A stretch of 64,000 nucleotides of DNA from Mobula hypostoma (taxonomy: Eukaryota): the NCBI RefSeq assembly GCF_963921235.1, contig NC_086108.1, forward strand, positions 58,964,001 to 59,028,000, written 5' to 3'. The notes beneath the pieces were generated by a model, which was given only the letters and a program-made list of their open reading frames with translations, was not told where the DNA came from and did not search any database. A program made the translations under genes and the position numbers. Position 1 is the first letter of the stretch, and each line of letters begins with the position of its first letter. Positions 12,037 to 25,519 of the stretch are shown here, piece after piece.

Positions 12037-15012
12037 GAACAAATGTTTACTACAGAACAAAGGACTGATCACTTTGTAGTATCCCTTTGCTATTGAAACG
12101 AGGATGTAACTTGATCGGTCTTAAGGTGTTGTACTTAAATGCACGCAGCATAAGGAATAAGGTGGATGATCTTGTTGTACAGCTACAGATTGGCAGGTAT
12201 GATATTGTGGCCATCACTGAGACCTGGCTAAAGGATGCATGTCTCTGGGAGCTGAATGTCCAAGTATACATGGTGTATCGGAAGGATAGGAAGGTAGGCA
12301 GAGGGGGAGGCGTGGCTTTATTGGTAAGAAATGATATTAAATCATTAGAAAGAGGTGATATAGGATCGGAAGGTGCAGAATCTTTATGGGTTGAGCTAAG
12401 GAATAGCAGGGGTAAAAAGACCCTGATGGCAGTTATTTATAGGCCTCCAAACAGCTGCAGGGATGTGGACTACAAATTACAACTGGAAATAGAAAAGGCT
12501 CGTCAGAAGGGCAGTGTTATGATAATTGTGGGGGATTTTAACATGCGAGTAGATTGGAAAAATCAGATCAGCACTGGATCTCAAGAGAGAGAATTTGTAG
12601 AATGTCTGCGAGATGGCTTTTTAGAACAGCTTGTTGTTGAGCCCACTAGGGGATCGGCTGTACTGGATTGGGTATTGTGTAATGAACCGGAGGTGATTGG
12701 AGAGATTGAGGTGAAGGAACCCTAAGGAGACAGTGATCATAACATGATTGAGTTCACTGTGAAATTAGGAAAAGAGAAGCCGAAATCTGATGTGTCGGTG
12801 TTTCAGTGGAGTAAAGGAAATTACAGTGGCATCAGAGAGGAAATGGCCAAAGTTGACTGGAAAGAGGCACTGGCGGGAAAGACGGCAGAGCAGCAGTGGG
12901 TGGAGTTTATGCGAGAAATGAGGAATGTGCAAGACAGGTATATTCCAAAAAAGAAGAAATTTTCGAGTAGAAAAAGAATGCAACCGTGGTTGACAAGAGA
13001 AGTCAAAGCCAAAGTTAAAGCAAAGGAGAGGGCATACAAGGAAGCAAGAATTAGTGGGAAGACAGAGGATTGGGAAGTTTTTAAAACCTTACAGAAGGAA
13101 ACCAAGAAGGTCATTAAGAGAGAAAAGATTAACTATGAAAGGAAACTAGCAAATAATATCAAAGAGGATACTAAAAGCTTTTTCAAGTATATAAAGAGTA
13201 AAAGACAGGTGAGAGTAGATATAGGACCGATAGAAAATGATACGGGAGAAATTGTAATGGGAGATGAGGAGATGGCAGAGGAACTGAACCAATATTTTGC
13301 ATCAGTCTTCACTGAGGAAGACAGCAGGATACCGGACACTCAAGGGTGGCAGGGAAGAGAAGTGTGCGCAGTCACAATTACGACAGAGAAAGTACTCAGA
13401 AGCTGAATAGGCTAAAGGTCGATAAATCTCCTGGACCAGATGGAATGCACCCCCATGTTCTGAAGGAAGTAGCTGTGGAGATTGCAGAGGCGTTAGCGAT
13501 GATCTTTCAAAAGTCGATAGATTCTGGCATGGTTCCGGAAGACTGGAAGATTGCAAATGTCACTCCGCTATTTAAGAAGGGGGCAAGGAAGCATAAAGGA
13601 AATTATAGACCTGTTAGCTTGATGTCAGTGGTTGGGAAGTTGTTGGAGTCGATTGTCAAGGATGAGGTTACAGAGTACCTGGAGGCATATGACAAGATAG
13701 GCAGAACTCAGCATGGATTCCTTAAAGGAAAATCCTGCCTGACAAACCTATTACAATTTTTTGACGAAATTACCAGTAGGCTAGACAAGGGAGATGTAGT
13801 GAATGTTGTATATTTGGATTTTCAGAAGGCCTTTGACAAGGTGCCACACATGAGGCTACTTAACAAGATAAGAGCCCATGGAATTACAGGAAAGTTACAT
13901 ACATGGATAGAGCGTTGGCTGATTGGCAGGAAACAGAGAGTGGGAATAAAGGGATCCTATTCTGGTTGGCTGCCGGTTACCAGTGGCGTTCCACAGGGAT
14001 CAGTGTTGGGGCCGCTTCTTTTTACATTGTACATCAACGATTTGGATTATGGAATAGATGGCTTTGTGGCTAAGTTTGCTGACGATACGAAGATAGGTGG
14101 AGGGGCCGGTAGTGCTGAGGAAACGGAGAGTCTGCAGAGAGACTTGGATAGATTGGAAGAATGGGCAGAGAAGTGGCAAATGAAGTACAATGTTGGAAAG
14201 TGTATGGTTATGCACTTTGGCAGAAAAGATAAACGGGCAGACTATTATTTAAATGGGGAAAGAATTCAAAGTTCTGAGATGCAACGGGACTTGGGAGTCC
14301 TCGTACAGGATTCCCTTAAAGTTAACCTCCAGGTTGAGTCAGTAGTGAAGAAGGCGAATGCAATGTTTGCATTCATTTCTAGAGGAATAGAGTATAGGAG
14401 CAGGGATGTGATGTTGAGGCTCTATAAGGCGCTGGTGAGACCTCACTTGGAGTACTGTGGGCAGTTTTGGTCTCCTTATTTAAGAAAGGATGTGCTGACG
14501 TTGGAGAGGGTACAGAGAAGATTCACTAGAATGATTCCGGGAATGAGAGCGTTAACATATGAGGAACGTTTGTCCGCTCTTGGACTGTATTCCTTGGAGT
14601 TTAGAAGAATGAGGGGAGACCTCATAGAAACATTTCGAATGTTAAAAGGCATGGACAGAGTGGATGTGGCAAAGTTGTTTCCCATGATGGGGGAGTCTAG
14701 TACGAGAGGGCATGACTTCAGGATTGAAGGGCGCCCTTTCAGAACAGAAATGCGAAGAAAGTTTTTTAGTCAGAGGGTGGTGAATCTATGGAATTTGTTG
14801 CCACGGGCAGCAGTGGAGGCCAAGTCATTTGGTGTTTTTAAGGCATTGATACGTATCTGAGTAGCCAGGGCATCAAAGGTTATGGTGAGAAGGCGGGGCA
14901 GTGGGACTAAATAGGATAAAATGGATCAGCTCATGATAAAATGGCGGAGCAGACTCGATGGGCCGAATGGCCTACTTCTGCTCCTTTGTCTTATGGTCTT
15001 ATGGTCTTATGG
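12037..15012 (+). mobile_element. Young 5'-truncated CR1 LINE with almost complete ORF2 (endonuclease plus RT)
   Basis: [50 protein letters not shown] and KFADDTK; lesions are one in-frame stop (12723-12725), one frameshift near 13400 and a small 3' deletion; (TCTTATGG)3 tail. Confidence 0.97.
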
Positions 15013-16809
15013 AAATAATAATGTTAATAGATGCTTTTATTTTTAAAATGCTGTTTCCCCAGTTCATTTAAAATCATAGTAATAATAAAGAAACTCCTCC
15101 ATTTTTGCCAGTCTCCTAGAGTTAGACTAGATGATCTGGCCCTTCAGCATGATCTCAGTAATTGCTTGACTAACTTTCATGCTCTGAAGTAGAGGAACAG
15201 TAGTCTTGCGGACTCATCACCATGGCAACAGTACTTGTTCCCGAGTCAAAGGAAACAATATTCAAGCTTCTCTGAATTGAGTGTAATCAACTCAGTGATT
15301 TTAAAATTGAACTGGATTAGTATGTTAGAGTGGAGTACCTCACTGGGCCAATGCAGCAGAGTTAATGCCTAGCTTGGAGGTTAAGGCTTTGAATTATTTT
15401 ACTTGTATGTGAGAAGAATGAAAGGTAATTTTGTTCCTGAAGAAAATGTCACGAGTTTTCTGAAGGATAATTGCAGAAAGTTGCCATGCTGAAACAGTTT
15501 TTTCACTTTCCCTAACGCGGCTATGAATTTTTGTAAGTAATAAAATCCCCCAGTTACTGTAATATTGTGTTGTGCCACCATTCATCAGCACAAGTATCCT
15601 GAGCCTCATCGAAATCAGAGCCTCAAAACTCACTCTCAGGTGCCTACTGTACTGCAGACTCCTGCTGGGCATGCTCACACAGGATACTGTTGAAAGGTAA
15701 TGTAGGCAATAGCTCACAAAAAAAGACTAGGGAGAGGAGCAGATGTGATCAAGAAAGGAAGATTACTATTCTCCTTTTCTGATCATGTCCATTGCAGGAA
15801 GAGGTGCATTGAAAAAGGCATTGGGGTGGTTGAAAACTGGAGAAAGGGAAAATATTCGGAAGGGAGAAGGGATTAGGAGAATGTGGAAGCGATCGGTAAC
15901 TAGAGACTAAGCAGAGGAGTGGAAGGACCTGGGGCCAGCAATGACCTTTGGCATGAAGCACCCGAGCAATATGAGGCTTCACATTCAGCAAAGTTTATTA
16001 AAATGTAGCTTTAATTCAGGTTCATTCAGATCACTTCTGTTGGGGCAGCCTAATTTGATAAAGTGGTCTTCAAACTGCCATTAACCCCTGTATTTGAGAT
16101 GCAATAAGTCTAATACCACATATGACAAATGTGCAATACAGTGGCTACTTGGGTACCTGTTGTGTATTTGAATGATAGCTATAATGACATCAAAGTTCCA
16201 GGCCTATACTTGCTTCATGAGCCATAGCTGTTGTGTAGCGGAATGAACTGTGGAACTACAAAGATATTTTATTCTTGCTGCTGTGTGCCTCAGTCCTAGG
16301 CTGAACAATGCAAGGGACTGCTTCTATTCCCTGTCCTATATCTTTGATATGACCAAGAACCAATCCCAGCAGACTCTCTTTCTCTATGATGTGGTTCCTG
16401 AAACAGGCGGGAGAAATTGAAATGCAGTGCATACATCCCTGGTCTCCACATGCATTTATAACAACTGACTGAGAGAACAGCAAGAGACTCAGTGCCAACA
16501 GTCCTTTGGGGGTAAGAGAACAACTATTAAATGGGCAATTTGTCATCATTTGCTGCAGGACTTTTGGCTTGGACCCAATATATGGTTCCTTTGGGTGCCC
16601 CTCCAACTATTCACTTATGTGAAGGAATATGGGCTTCAAATGAGTAGGTTGCTAGTGCACATTCTGCCACCTTTACCTGATTCACGTGCAGACTTAGTTG
16701 CATGCCAGCCTTCCCATTTATTACAGATGAGAATGGAACCATAATCATTCCAAGAATAAGACAACTACAGTGGATCCAGATTAACTGGGCCATCGGCTAA
16801 TTTGGGAAA

Positions 16810-17831
16810 TTGTTCACAAATGGAGGAAACTCAATATTGTTGCTACTCTCTGTAGGAGTGGGCATCCTGCAAAGATCTGAAGGACGTGAAGTAGAACCCA
16901 AGGATAACAGCCAAAGACTTGCAGAAATCTCTAGAACTTGCCAAAGTCCCTGTACATGTGTTTACAATAAGAAAAACACTGAACAAAAATGGTGTTCATG
17001 GAAGGACACCACGGAGGAAACCACTGTTCTCTCTATACAAAAAAAAACATTGCTGCATATCTCAAGTTTGCAAAAGACCACCTAGATGTTCTGCAATGCT
17101 TCAGGAACCATGTTCTGTGGACAGATGAGACAAAAGTTGAACTTTTTGGCAGAAATGTACACTGCTATGTTTGAAGGAAAAAGGGCACTGCCCACCAACA
17201 TTAAAACCTCATCCCTACTGTGAAGCCATGTGGAAGGAGCATCGTGCTTTGGGACTGCTTTGCTGCCTCAGGGCCTGGACAGCTTGCAATCATTGAGAGA
17301 GCAATGAATTCAAAATTTTACAGGAGAATGTCAGGGTAGCAGTCCATCACCAGAAGCGTAATAGAAGTTGGATAATCCAATAAGACAATGATCTGAAAGA
17401 CAAGAGTAAATCAACAACAGGATGGTTTAAAAAGAAGAAAAGTCGTATTTTGGAATGGCCAAGTCAAAGACCTGGCATTAATCAAATAGAAATGTGGAAG
17501 GACCTGAAGCAAGCAGTTCATGCAGGGAAGCCCACCAGAGTTGAAGCAACTTTTTAAGGAGGAATGGCCTAAAATTCCTCCAAGCTGGTGTGCAGGACTG
17601 ATCAACAGGTTGGTTGAAGTTATTGCAGTACAAGAGGGTCACGCCAGTTACTGAACGCAAAGGTTCCTATACCCTTTCCTCAATAAATAAATGAACAAGT
17701 ATAATGCTTCTGGTGTCACTTATTTAATTGTGTTCTCTTTCTCTAGTTTTAGGACTTACTTGAAGATCTGATCACATTTTAGGTCATATTTATGCAGAAA
17801 CACGGGGTTCACGAACTTTCTAGCACCACTG
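16810..17831 (+). mobile_element. Tc1/mariner DNA transposon relic (degenerate transposase and right end)
   Basis: TIRKTLNKNGVHGRTPRRKPL, VLWTDETKVELFGRN, decayed QDND and WPSQ motifs; ends ...aactttctagcaccactg at 17831. Confidence 0.85.
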
Positions 17832-17859
17832 CATGGTTTACTGAAAAGAAAATCATGTG

Positions 17860-18420
17860 GACAGATTTATAAAAGTGTTTTGAAAATGTAACTAGTAGGT
17901 TGGCTAAAGGGAAGCTGTGGATTAATAATAGCATTTGATATGGTGGCATATACAGGGGCATCACATAATGTAAGGGGTTCTATGTTTAGGGACAATATAA
18001 TTGCAGATAGAGGATTGACTTTTGGACAGAAAACGGAGTTGGGACCTATGAGCTAGCTCAGTAGGATTTCACTGCTCAGGGGTTGCTGGGCCCAGTGCTT
18101 GCGCAATGGCTTTTCATAATTTGCATTATTGACTTTGATATAAGAACAAACTGCAACTGCCTGGAGAATGAGTAATGTCTCTGAATGTGCATTTATGAGG
18201 CAGTATTTTACAGGGAAAAGCCAGCAAAACAAAATTCTGCAGTGTTTAAGGCCCAAGACAGAATTAGTCTTCCCCACATAAAAAACCCTTTCTTCATGCA
18301 TATTGCTGCTGCAATGGCAATTAGATTGTCTTGACAAGGAGAAAACTGTGGGGAGGATAGTGTGGACAATTGGTAATGGAGGGTGGTGGGGTGTTCTGCA
18401 CTTTGATTTTGGGTAGCTTC
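17860..18420 (+). mobile_element. Very old CR1 RT remnant
   Basis: Decayed words gcatttgatatggtg, tttccactgctcaggggttgctgggcc-like and gttctgcactttgattttggg. Confidence 0.4.
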
Positions 18421-19129
18421 ATAAGGGAAAGAGTAATAATTGGCAGGTGGTGATGGAAGGGGTGGTGGATTGAAGAGTTCGGACTGACAATTGGCTGTAA
18501 GTAGGTTAGAGACTCAGTGTAGGCTGGGAGAGAAGGCTTGTGTCTGGGAAGAAGTTTGAGGCCAAGGGAGAACTGTCAGAAAGACAAGGTTTTAAATTTA
18601 AAGAGGACATACCTGAGGAGAATATCCTTTCTGGATTGTACTCCGCATGAATGGGTGCTGTCCTTTCAAGTAACGAATTGGCAGGCTTCGCAGGAGCTGC
18701 ATTTCTAAACAGCAGGCCACACATGTGCCAACTAAGTTACGGAAACAATACCTTTGCGTGTTTTGGATGCCATGTTCACATGCAAGTGACTCTGTCTAGA
18801 TGCAGAAATGGAGGACGTGCATTGAAGGTGCAAACGTCACAGAACTCATACTATCTGCAATTTTCCTTTGCATTTTGCTTTACTGAAACTGACATTGTGC
18901 ACAATTCAAATTCCAGCTAACCAAGTTTCTTGATAATATCAAACCAGGTGGATAAGTTAAGTTTTGAGGAGGATGGATATCAAAAGTTTATGTGATTAGA
19001 TACAATGTCAGAGGAACTGAAACATTTGTTGCAGGATGGCATGTAAGCCGGGATCCTAGTGTGGCATCCACTAAATGAGCCCTACCTCAGTGCAGCTGGT
19101 GTTAAGCAAACTAGAACATCATCCTGACA

Positions 19130-19390
19130 CTTCTTTTTTCTGTTTTCTTCTCCATAATGCTACATCTCAGAGAGACATAGTATCAATGATGACAGCCTTT
19201 CCCTCAATGCCAGCAAAACTAAAGAGCTGGTCATTGACTTCAGATAGCTGGCAAGGTCAAGAGGGCTGACAGATTCAAGTTCCTAGGAACAAACATCACC
19301 AGTAGCCTGATCTGGTCCAGCCACATAGTCGTCATGGTCCAGAAAGTGGATTCCCTCCTCTATTTCCTTAGGAGACTAAAGTAATCCAGC
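19130..19390 (+). mobile_element. Rex-Babar-type LINE RT fragment
   Basis: ctcaatgccagcaaaactaaagagctggtcattgacttcag and ttcaagttcctaggaacaaacatcacc (LN.SKTKELVIDFR, FKFLGTNI). Confidence 0.65.
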
Positions 19391-20007
19391 ATAGCTGTAA
19401 AATGTCACTTCAGAGGTACAATGGCAAAGAAATGGAGGAGGATCTTCATAAGTATTTTGCTCAGTCTTCATTGTGGAGGATACGAGCAGTTTGCCTGAAA
19501 TTCTAGAGTGTCAGGGGGCGGAAGTGAGTGTAGTTGCTTATACCGTGGAGAAGGTACCTGGACCTCATGGACTACGCGACAGGGTTCTGAAAGGGATCGT
19601 TGATGAGATTGTGGAGGCATTAGTAATGATCTTTCCAGAATCATTGGATTCTGGAATGGTTCCAGAGGACTGGAAATTTGCAGATGTTACTTCACTCTTT
19701 AGTAACGGAGGGAAGCAGAAGAAAGGAAATTATGGGCCTGTTAGCCTGACTTCAGTGGTTGGAACAATGTTGGAGTCTATTAATAGGATGATGTTTTGGG
19801 GTACTTGGAGGCAATTGATATACCAGGTCAGAGTCAGCATGATTTCCTAAAGATAAAATCTTGCCTGACAAATCTGTTGGAATTCTTTGAGGAAATAACA
19901 GGCAGGATATAAAAAGGAAAGTCATTGGATGTTGTGTACTTCGATTTTCAGAAGGCCTTTGACAAGGTGCCATACATCAGGCTACTTAACAAATTACGAA
20001 CCCATGG

Positions 20008-23000
20008 CTTTTTAGAGCAGTTTGTTGTTGAGCCTACTAGGGACCAGCTATACTGGATTGGATGTTATGTAATGAACCAGAGGCGATTAGGGAGCTTCAG
20101 GTAAAAAAAACCTCTCAGGAACCAGTGATCACAATATGATTGAGTTCAACTTGAAATTTGATAGGGAGAAAGTGAAGTCTGATGTAGCAGTATTTCAGTG
20201 GAGTAAGGGAAATTACAGTGGTATGAGAGAGGAGTTGGCCAAAGTAAACTAGAAAGAGCTGCTGGCAAGGTGTCAGCAGAACAGCAATGGCATGCATTTC
20301 TAGGAAAAATAAGGAAGGTGCAGGACTTATGTATTCCAAAACTGAAGAAATACTCAAAAAGTAAAATAGTACAACAATGGCTGACAAGGGAGGTCAAAGA
20401 TATTGTAAACGCAAAAGAAAGGGAATACTACAAAACAAAAATTAGTGGGAAGATAAAGGATCGGGAAGTTTTTAAAAACCTACATAGAGTAACTAAAAAA
20501 ATTATTAGAAGGGAAAAGATAAAATATGAAAGCAAGCTAGCAAATAATGTCAAAGTGGGTAGTAAAACTTTTTTCATGTATGTTAAAAATAAAAAAAAAT
20601 GAGAGTGGATATAGGACTGCTAGAAAATGAGGCAGAAGAAATAATAACAGGGGACAAGGAGATGGCTGATGAGCTAAATGAGTATTTTGCATCACTCTTT
20701 ATGCCTAATGTTGTAGTGTGTGAAGGAAGAGAGCTGAGTGCAGCTATTATAATAAGAGAATATGTGCTCAAAAAGCTGAAAGACCTAAAGACCTATAAGT
20801 CAACCAGACCAGATGAACTGCACCCTAGGGTTCTGAAAGAGGTAGCATTAGAGATTGTGGTGGCATTAGAAATGATCTTTCAAAAATCATTGGACTCTGG
20901 TATGGTGCAAGAGGACTGGAAAATTGCAAATGTCACTCCACTCTTTAAGAAAGGAGGAGGGCATCAGAAAGGAAATTATAGACCAGTTAGCCTGACTTCA
21001 GTGGTTGGGAAGATGTTAGAGTCAATTGTTAAGGATGAGGTTATGGAGTACTTGGTGACACAGGACATGATAGTACAAAGTCAGCATTGCTTCCTTCAGG
21101 GAAAATCCTGCCTGATGAACCTGTTGGAATTCTTGGAAGAGATCACAAGTAGGATAGATAAAGGGGATGCAGTGGGTGTTGTATATTTGGACTTTCAGAA
21201 GGCCTTTGACAAGGTACCACACATGAGGCTGCTTACCAAGTTAAGAGCCCATGGTGTTACGGAAAAGTTACTAACATGGTTAGAGCATTGGCTGATTGGT
21301 AGGAGGCAGCGTGTAGGAATGAAAGGATACTTTTTTGGTTGGATGCCAGTGACTAGTGGTGTTTCGTAGGGGTCGGTGTTGGGACCACTTCTTTTTATGC
21401 TGTATATAAAGGAATGATTTAGATGATGGAATAGATGGTTTTGTTGCGAAGTTTGCAGATGATACGAAGATTGGTGGAGGGGCAGGTAGTGTTGAGTAGG
21501 ATGCAGAAGGACTTGGACAGATTAGGAGAATGGGCAAGAAAATGGCAAATGAAATACAATGTTGGAAAATACATGGTCATTCATTTTGGTAGCGTGGACT
21601 ATGTGTGGACTATTTTCCAACTGGGGAGAAAATCCAAAATCTGAGATGCAAAGGGATTTGGGAGTCTTTGTGGAGAACACCCTAAAGGTTAACTTGCAGT
21701 TTGAGTTGGTGGTGAGGGAGGCAAATGCCATGCTAGCATTCATTTCAAGAGGTGTAGAATACAAGAGCAAGGATGTGATGCTGAGGCTTTATAAGGCACT
21801 GGTGAAGCCTTATCTTGAGTACTCTTCTGAGTACTCAGTAACAGTTTTGGGCCCTTCATCTTAAAAAGATGTGCTGGCATTGGAGAGGGTCCAGAGGAGG
21901 TTCACAAGGATGATTCCAGGAATGAAAGGATTAAGTTTTAAAGGATTAGCTTTAAGTTCCTCGGGGTCAATATCACCAATGACCTGACTTGGTCCAACCA
22001 AGCAGAGTTCACTGCCAAGAAGGCCCACCAGTGCCTTTACTTCCTGAGAAAACTAAAGAAATTTGGCCTGCCCCTAAAACCCTCACTAATTTTTATAGAT
22101 GCACCGTAGAAAGCATTCTTCTAGGGTGCATCACAACCTGGTATGGAAGTTGTCCTGTCCAAGACCGAAAGAAGCTGCAGAAGATCGTGAACAGGGCGCA
22201 GCACATCACATAAACCAATCTTCTGTCCTTGGACTCACTTTACACCGCATGCTGTTGGAGCAGTGCTGCCAGGATAATCAAGGACACGGCCCACCCAGCC
22301 AACACACTTTTTATCCCTCTTCTCTCCAGGAGAAGGCTCAGTTGCTTGAAGACTCGTACGGCCAGATTTGGGAACAGCTTCTTTCCAACTGTGATAAGAC
22401 TGCTGAACGGATCCTGACCCAGATCTGGGCCGTAACCTCCAAATACCTGGACCTGCCTCTCGGTTTTTTTGCACTACCTTACTTTCCATTTTTCTATTTT
22501 CTATTTATGATTTATAATTTAATTTTTTAATATTTACTGATTTTTACTATTTTTAATATTTAATATTTGTAATCCAGGGAGCGGGAAGTGCAGAATCAAA
22601 TATCACTGTGATAATTGTATGTTCTAGTATGAATTGTTTGGCGACAATAAAGTATAAACTATAAAGTATTCTCATATGAGGAACATTTGATGGTTCTGGT
22701 TCTGTACTCACTGGAATTCAGGAGGACGCAGGGAGATCTCACTGAAACCTTTCAAATGTTGAAAGGCCTAGACAGAGTAGATGTGAAAAGTCTAGGACAA
22801 GAGAGCACAACCTCAGGATAGAGGAGCGCCCTTTCAAAACAGAGTTGCGGAGAAATTTCTTTAGCCAAAGGGTGGTGAATTTGTGGAATTTGTTGCCACA
22901 TGCAGCTGTGGAGGCTGGGTCATTGGGTGTATTTAAGGCAGAGATTGATAGGTTCTTGATTGGACATGACATCAAAGGTTACGGGGAGAAGGCCGGGAAC

Positions 23001-23103
23001 TGGGGTTGAGGACGAGAAAAAAAAAAGGACCAGCCATGATTGAATGGTGGTGCAGACTCGATGGGCCAGATGGCCTAATTTTGCTCCTATGTCTTATGGT
23101 CTT
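20008..23103 (+). mobile_element. CR1 copy B (end of endonuclease, RT, 3' end), interrupted by a Rex-Babar fragment
   Basis: ORFs 20270-20602, 20599-21369 and 21559-21864; tail tcttatggtctt at about 23092-23103. Confidence 0.88.
21934..22670 (+). mobile_element. Rex-Babar-type LINE 3' fragment inserted in CR1 copy B
   Basis: NFYRCTVESILLGCITTWYGSC..DRKKLQKIV and RTARFGNSFFP; CR1 continuity atgaaaggatta|tcatatgaggaac is restored on removal. Confidence 0.88.
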
Positions 23104-23299
23104 CAGAGCTCCTGGTATTACAGGAAAGATATTAGCACAGGTAGAAGAATTGTTAATCGGCAGGAGGCAAAGGATTGGAATGGGGAGGGGCAAGTGGTGT
23201 TCTGTAGGGGTCGGTATTAGGACCGCTTCTTTTCATGTTATATGTCAATGATTTGGATGACGGATTTGATGTCTTTGTGGCCAAGTCTGCAGATGATAC

Positions 23300-24193
23300 T
23301 GTTACGTACCCCGTAACTGGGTTGCTAAACCAGCAGAAATGGACCACTCAGTTGGAGTCTGGATTACTGGAACTAAGAAAGTTTTATTAAAGAAATAGGC
23401 AACACAGTACTCTAATAGTAAGGATATAAATGCAACAGGTTAGCAATGAATAAACACACATGTACACAGAATTAGGATAATAGGGTCAATCAAGCTCTAT
23501 CGCAGTCTAGGGGTAAGATGTTCAATCACAAGTGACAGAGTTCAGTTTAGTTCAGTTCGCAGTAATCGCCGTCGTGCCGTTGGAGAGAGAGAGAGAGAAC
23601 GAATGAATACTCAAATCGGATTCCAAACAGACCTTCTATATTCCTCGCAGTCAGCTTTCGGGCGAGCCCTTTGTAATGTCTTCTGAGGTCACTGGCTGTG
23701 ACCCCTCCATTTCAGATACGATCGTTCTTCAGCGGTGAACCCGGCACCCAGGCAAGGGCGGACACACACCAGGTTCCCGCCGACCGTATCTTTCCACCCT
23801 GTGCGTCTATGGCTAGTCCCGCGATCAGACCTCCAAAACTCCCACTGACTTGTGGGGGCGCACCACTTCCAGGGTCTCGTTACCTCGTGGTGTCGTGTGT
23901 GGTGTCTCAGTGAACCTGCCCCTTTTTTATCCCCCTGCTGGGGTATCGCCTGTCCATCACACTTCAAACAGTTTAGGGTTCAAAAGGAGCCGGTCTTGAC
24001 AATACTCAGACCAGTGTCTCCTTCCGTTAAACTCTCTCGTCTCTTCATTAACATTTCCAAATGCTGCTCCATTGTCTTACTTATCTCTCTCTCCTGAAGA
24101 GAGGTGGCAGATCAACTGTTGATCCCACTGGTGCTAGCACAGGACAGTTAACATCTTAGTCTATGTGTACTTTTGTAACCCTCTTTCGTCACA
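23300..24193 (-). mobile_element. Solo LTR (894 bp)
   Basis: Ends TGTTACG...CGTCACA; 4-bp TSD ATAC (23296-23299 and 24194-24197); strand inferred from a minus-strand AATAAA near 23383 and a TATA-like gataaaaaa near 23925. Confidence 0.88.
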
Positions 24194-25208
24194 ATACAAA
24201 GATAGATGGAGAGATAGGTAGTACTGAGGAAGCAGGGATTCTGCAGAAGGACTTAGACAGATTGGGAAAATGGGCAAAGAAGTGACAGATGGAGTATAGT
24301 GCAGGGATGTGTATGGTTATGTACCATGGTAGAAGGAATAATGGTGTGGACTATTGTCCAAACATGGAGAAAATTCAAAAATTAGAGGTGCAAGGGACTT
24401 GGGAGTCCTTGTGCAGGAATCCTTAAAGATTAACTTGCAGTTTGAGTTGGTGGTAAGGAAGGCAAATGTAATTTTAGCATTAATTTTGAGAGGACTAGAA
24501 TATAAAAGCAAGGATGTGATGCTGAGGTTTTATAAGGCATTGGACCAACTGCATTTGGAGTATTGTGAGCAGTTTTGGGCCCCTTATGTAAGAAAAGTGC
24601 TGCCATTGGAGAGGGTCCAGAGGAGGCTCACAATAATGATTGTGGCAATGAGAGAGTTAACGAATGAGGAGCGTTTGATGATTCTGGACCTGCATTCACT
24701 GGAATTCAGAAGAATGAGGGGGTACCTTATTGAAACCTATCAAATATTGAAAGGCCTACACAGAAAATTCAAAATGGAGGTGCCAAGGGACTTGGAAAGG
24801 ATGTTTCTTGACATGGCTGAGTCTAGGACCAGATGCCAGAGCCTCAAAATAGAGGGACATCCATTTAGAATAGAGCTGAGAAGGAATTTCTTTACCCAGA
24901 GGGTGGTGAATCTGTGGAATTCATTGTCACAGATGGAGGCCAAATCTCTGAGTATATTTAAAGCAAAGGTTGATAGGTTCTTGGTTAGTCACGGTGTCAA
25001 AAATTACAAGGAGAAAGCAGAAGTGTGGGGTTGACAGGGATAAAAAAAATCAGCCATCATAGAATGGCGGAGCAGAGTTGATACGCTGAGTGGCCTAATT
25101 CTGCTCCTAATTCTTATGTCAATTTTTATATCCCTATCAACCCTTACTAGCCTCTCTTCCATAGATTCTGTCCACACTTATTGCCTCAATAAAGACACCA
25201 CCCGTCAT

Positions 25209-25498
25209 GGGGCGGCATGGTAGTATTGTGGTTTGCTCAGTGCTTTATAGTACCAGTGAACCGGTGCAAATCCTGCCGCTGCCTGTAAGGAGTTTATAGG
25301 TTCTCCCCCTGACCATGTGGGTTTCCTCCGGGTGCTTAGGTTTCCTCCCACAGTCCAAAGACGTACTGGTTGGTAAGTTAATTGGCATAGCAAATTGTCC
25401 CGTGATTAGGCTAGGGTTAAATTGGGAGATTGTTCAGCCACGCTGCTCGAAGGGCCGGAAGGGCCTATTCTGCACTTTATCTCAATGAATAAATAAAA
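25209..25498 (+). mobile_element. HE1-like V-SINE with CR1-derived tail
   Basis: tRNA-like head ggggcggcatggtag, B-box-like ggtgcaaatcc, V-domain tgggtttcctccgggtgcttaggtttcctcccacagtccaaagac, tail aagggccggaagggcctattctgc. Confidence 0.85.
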
Positions 25499-25519
25499 GT
25501 GATAAATAACTGAAGACCT

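Larger units (their letters stand above)
19420..25120 (+). mobile_element. CR1 copy A (RT to 3' end), split by CR1 copy B (about 20008-23103) and a solo LTR (23300-24193)
   Basis: Reading stops at LNKLRTHG (about 20007), resumes at RAPGITGKILA (about 23105), and resumes again at ADD|TKID after the LTR; ORF 24354-25034 is the CR1 C-terminus. Confidence 0.85.

Noticed and set aside
12050..14685. Numerous minus-strand ORFs over CR1 copies, here and elsewhere in the window
   Set aside because: They are antisense shadows of LINE ORF2 with no independent coding signal
15740..15990. Possible ancient PLE fragment
   Set aside because: Only purine-rich composition and vague similarity; no diagnostic motif
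16765..16808. Possible Tigger/pogo-type terminus (tacagtggatccagattaactgggcc) beside the Tc1 relic
   Set aside because: No matching opposite end found; too short to support
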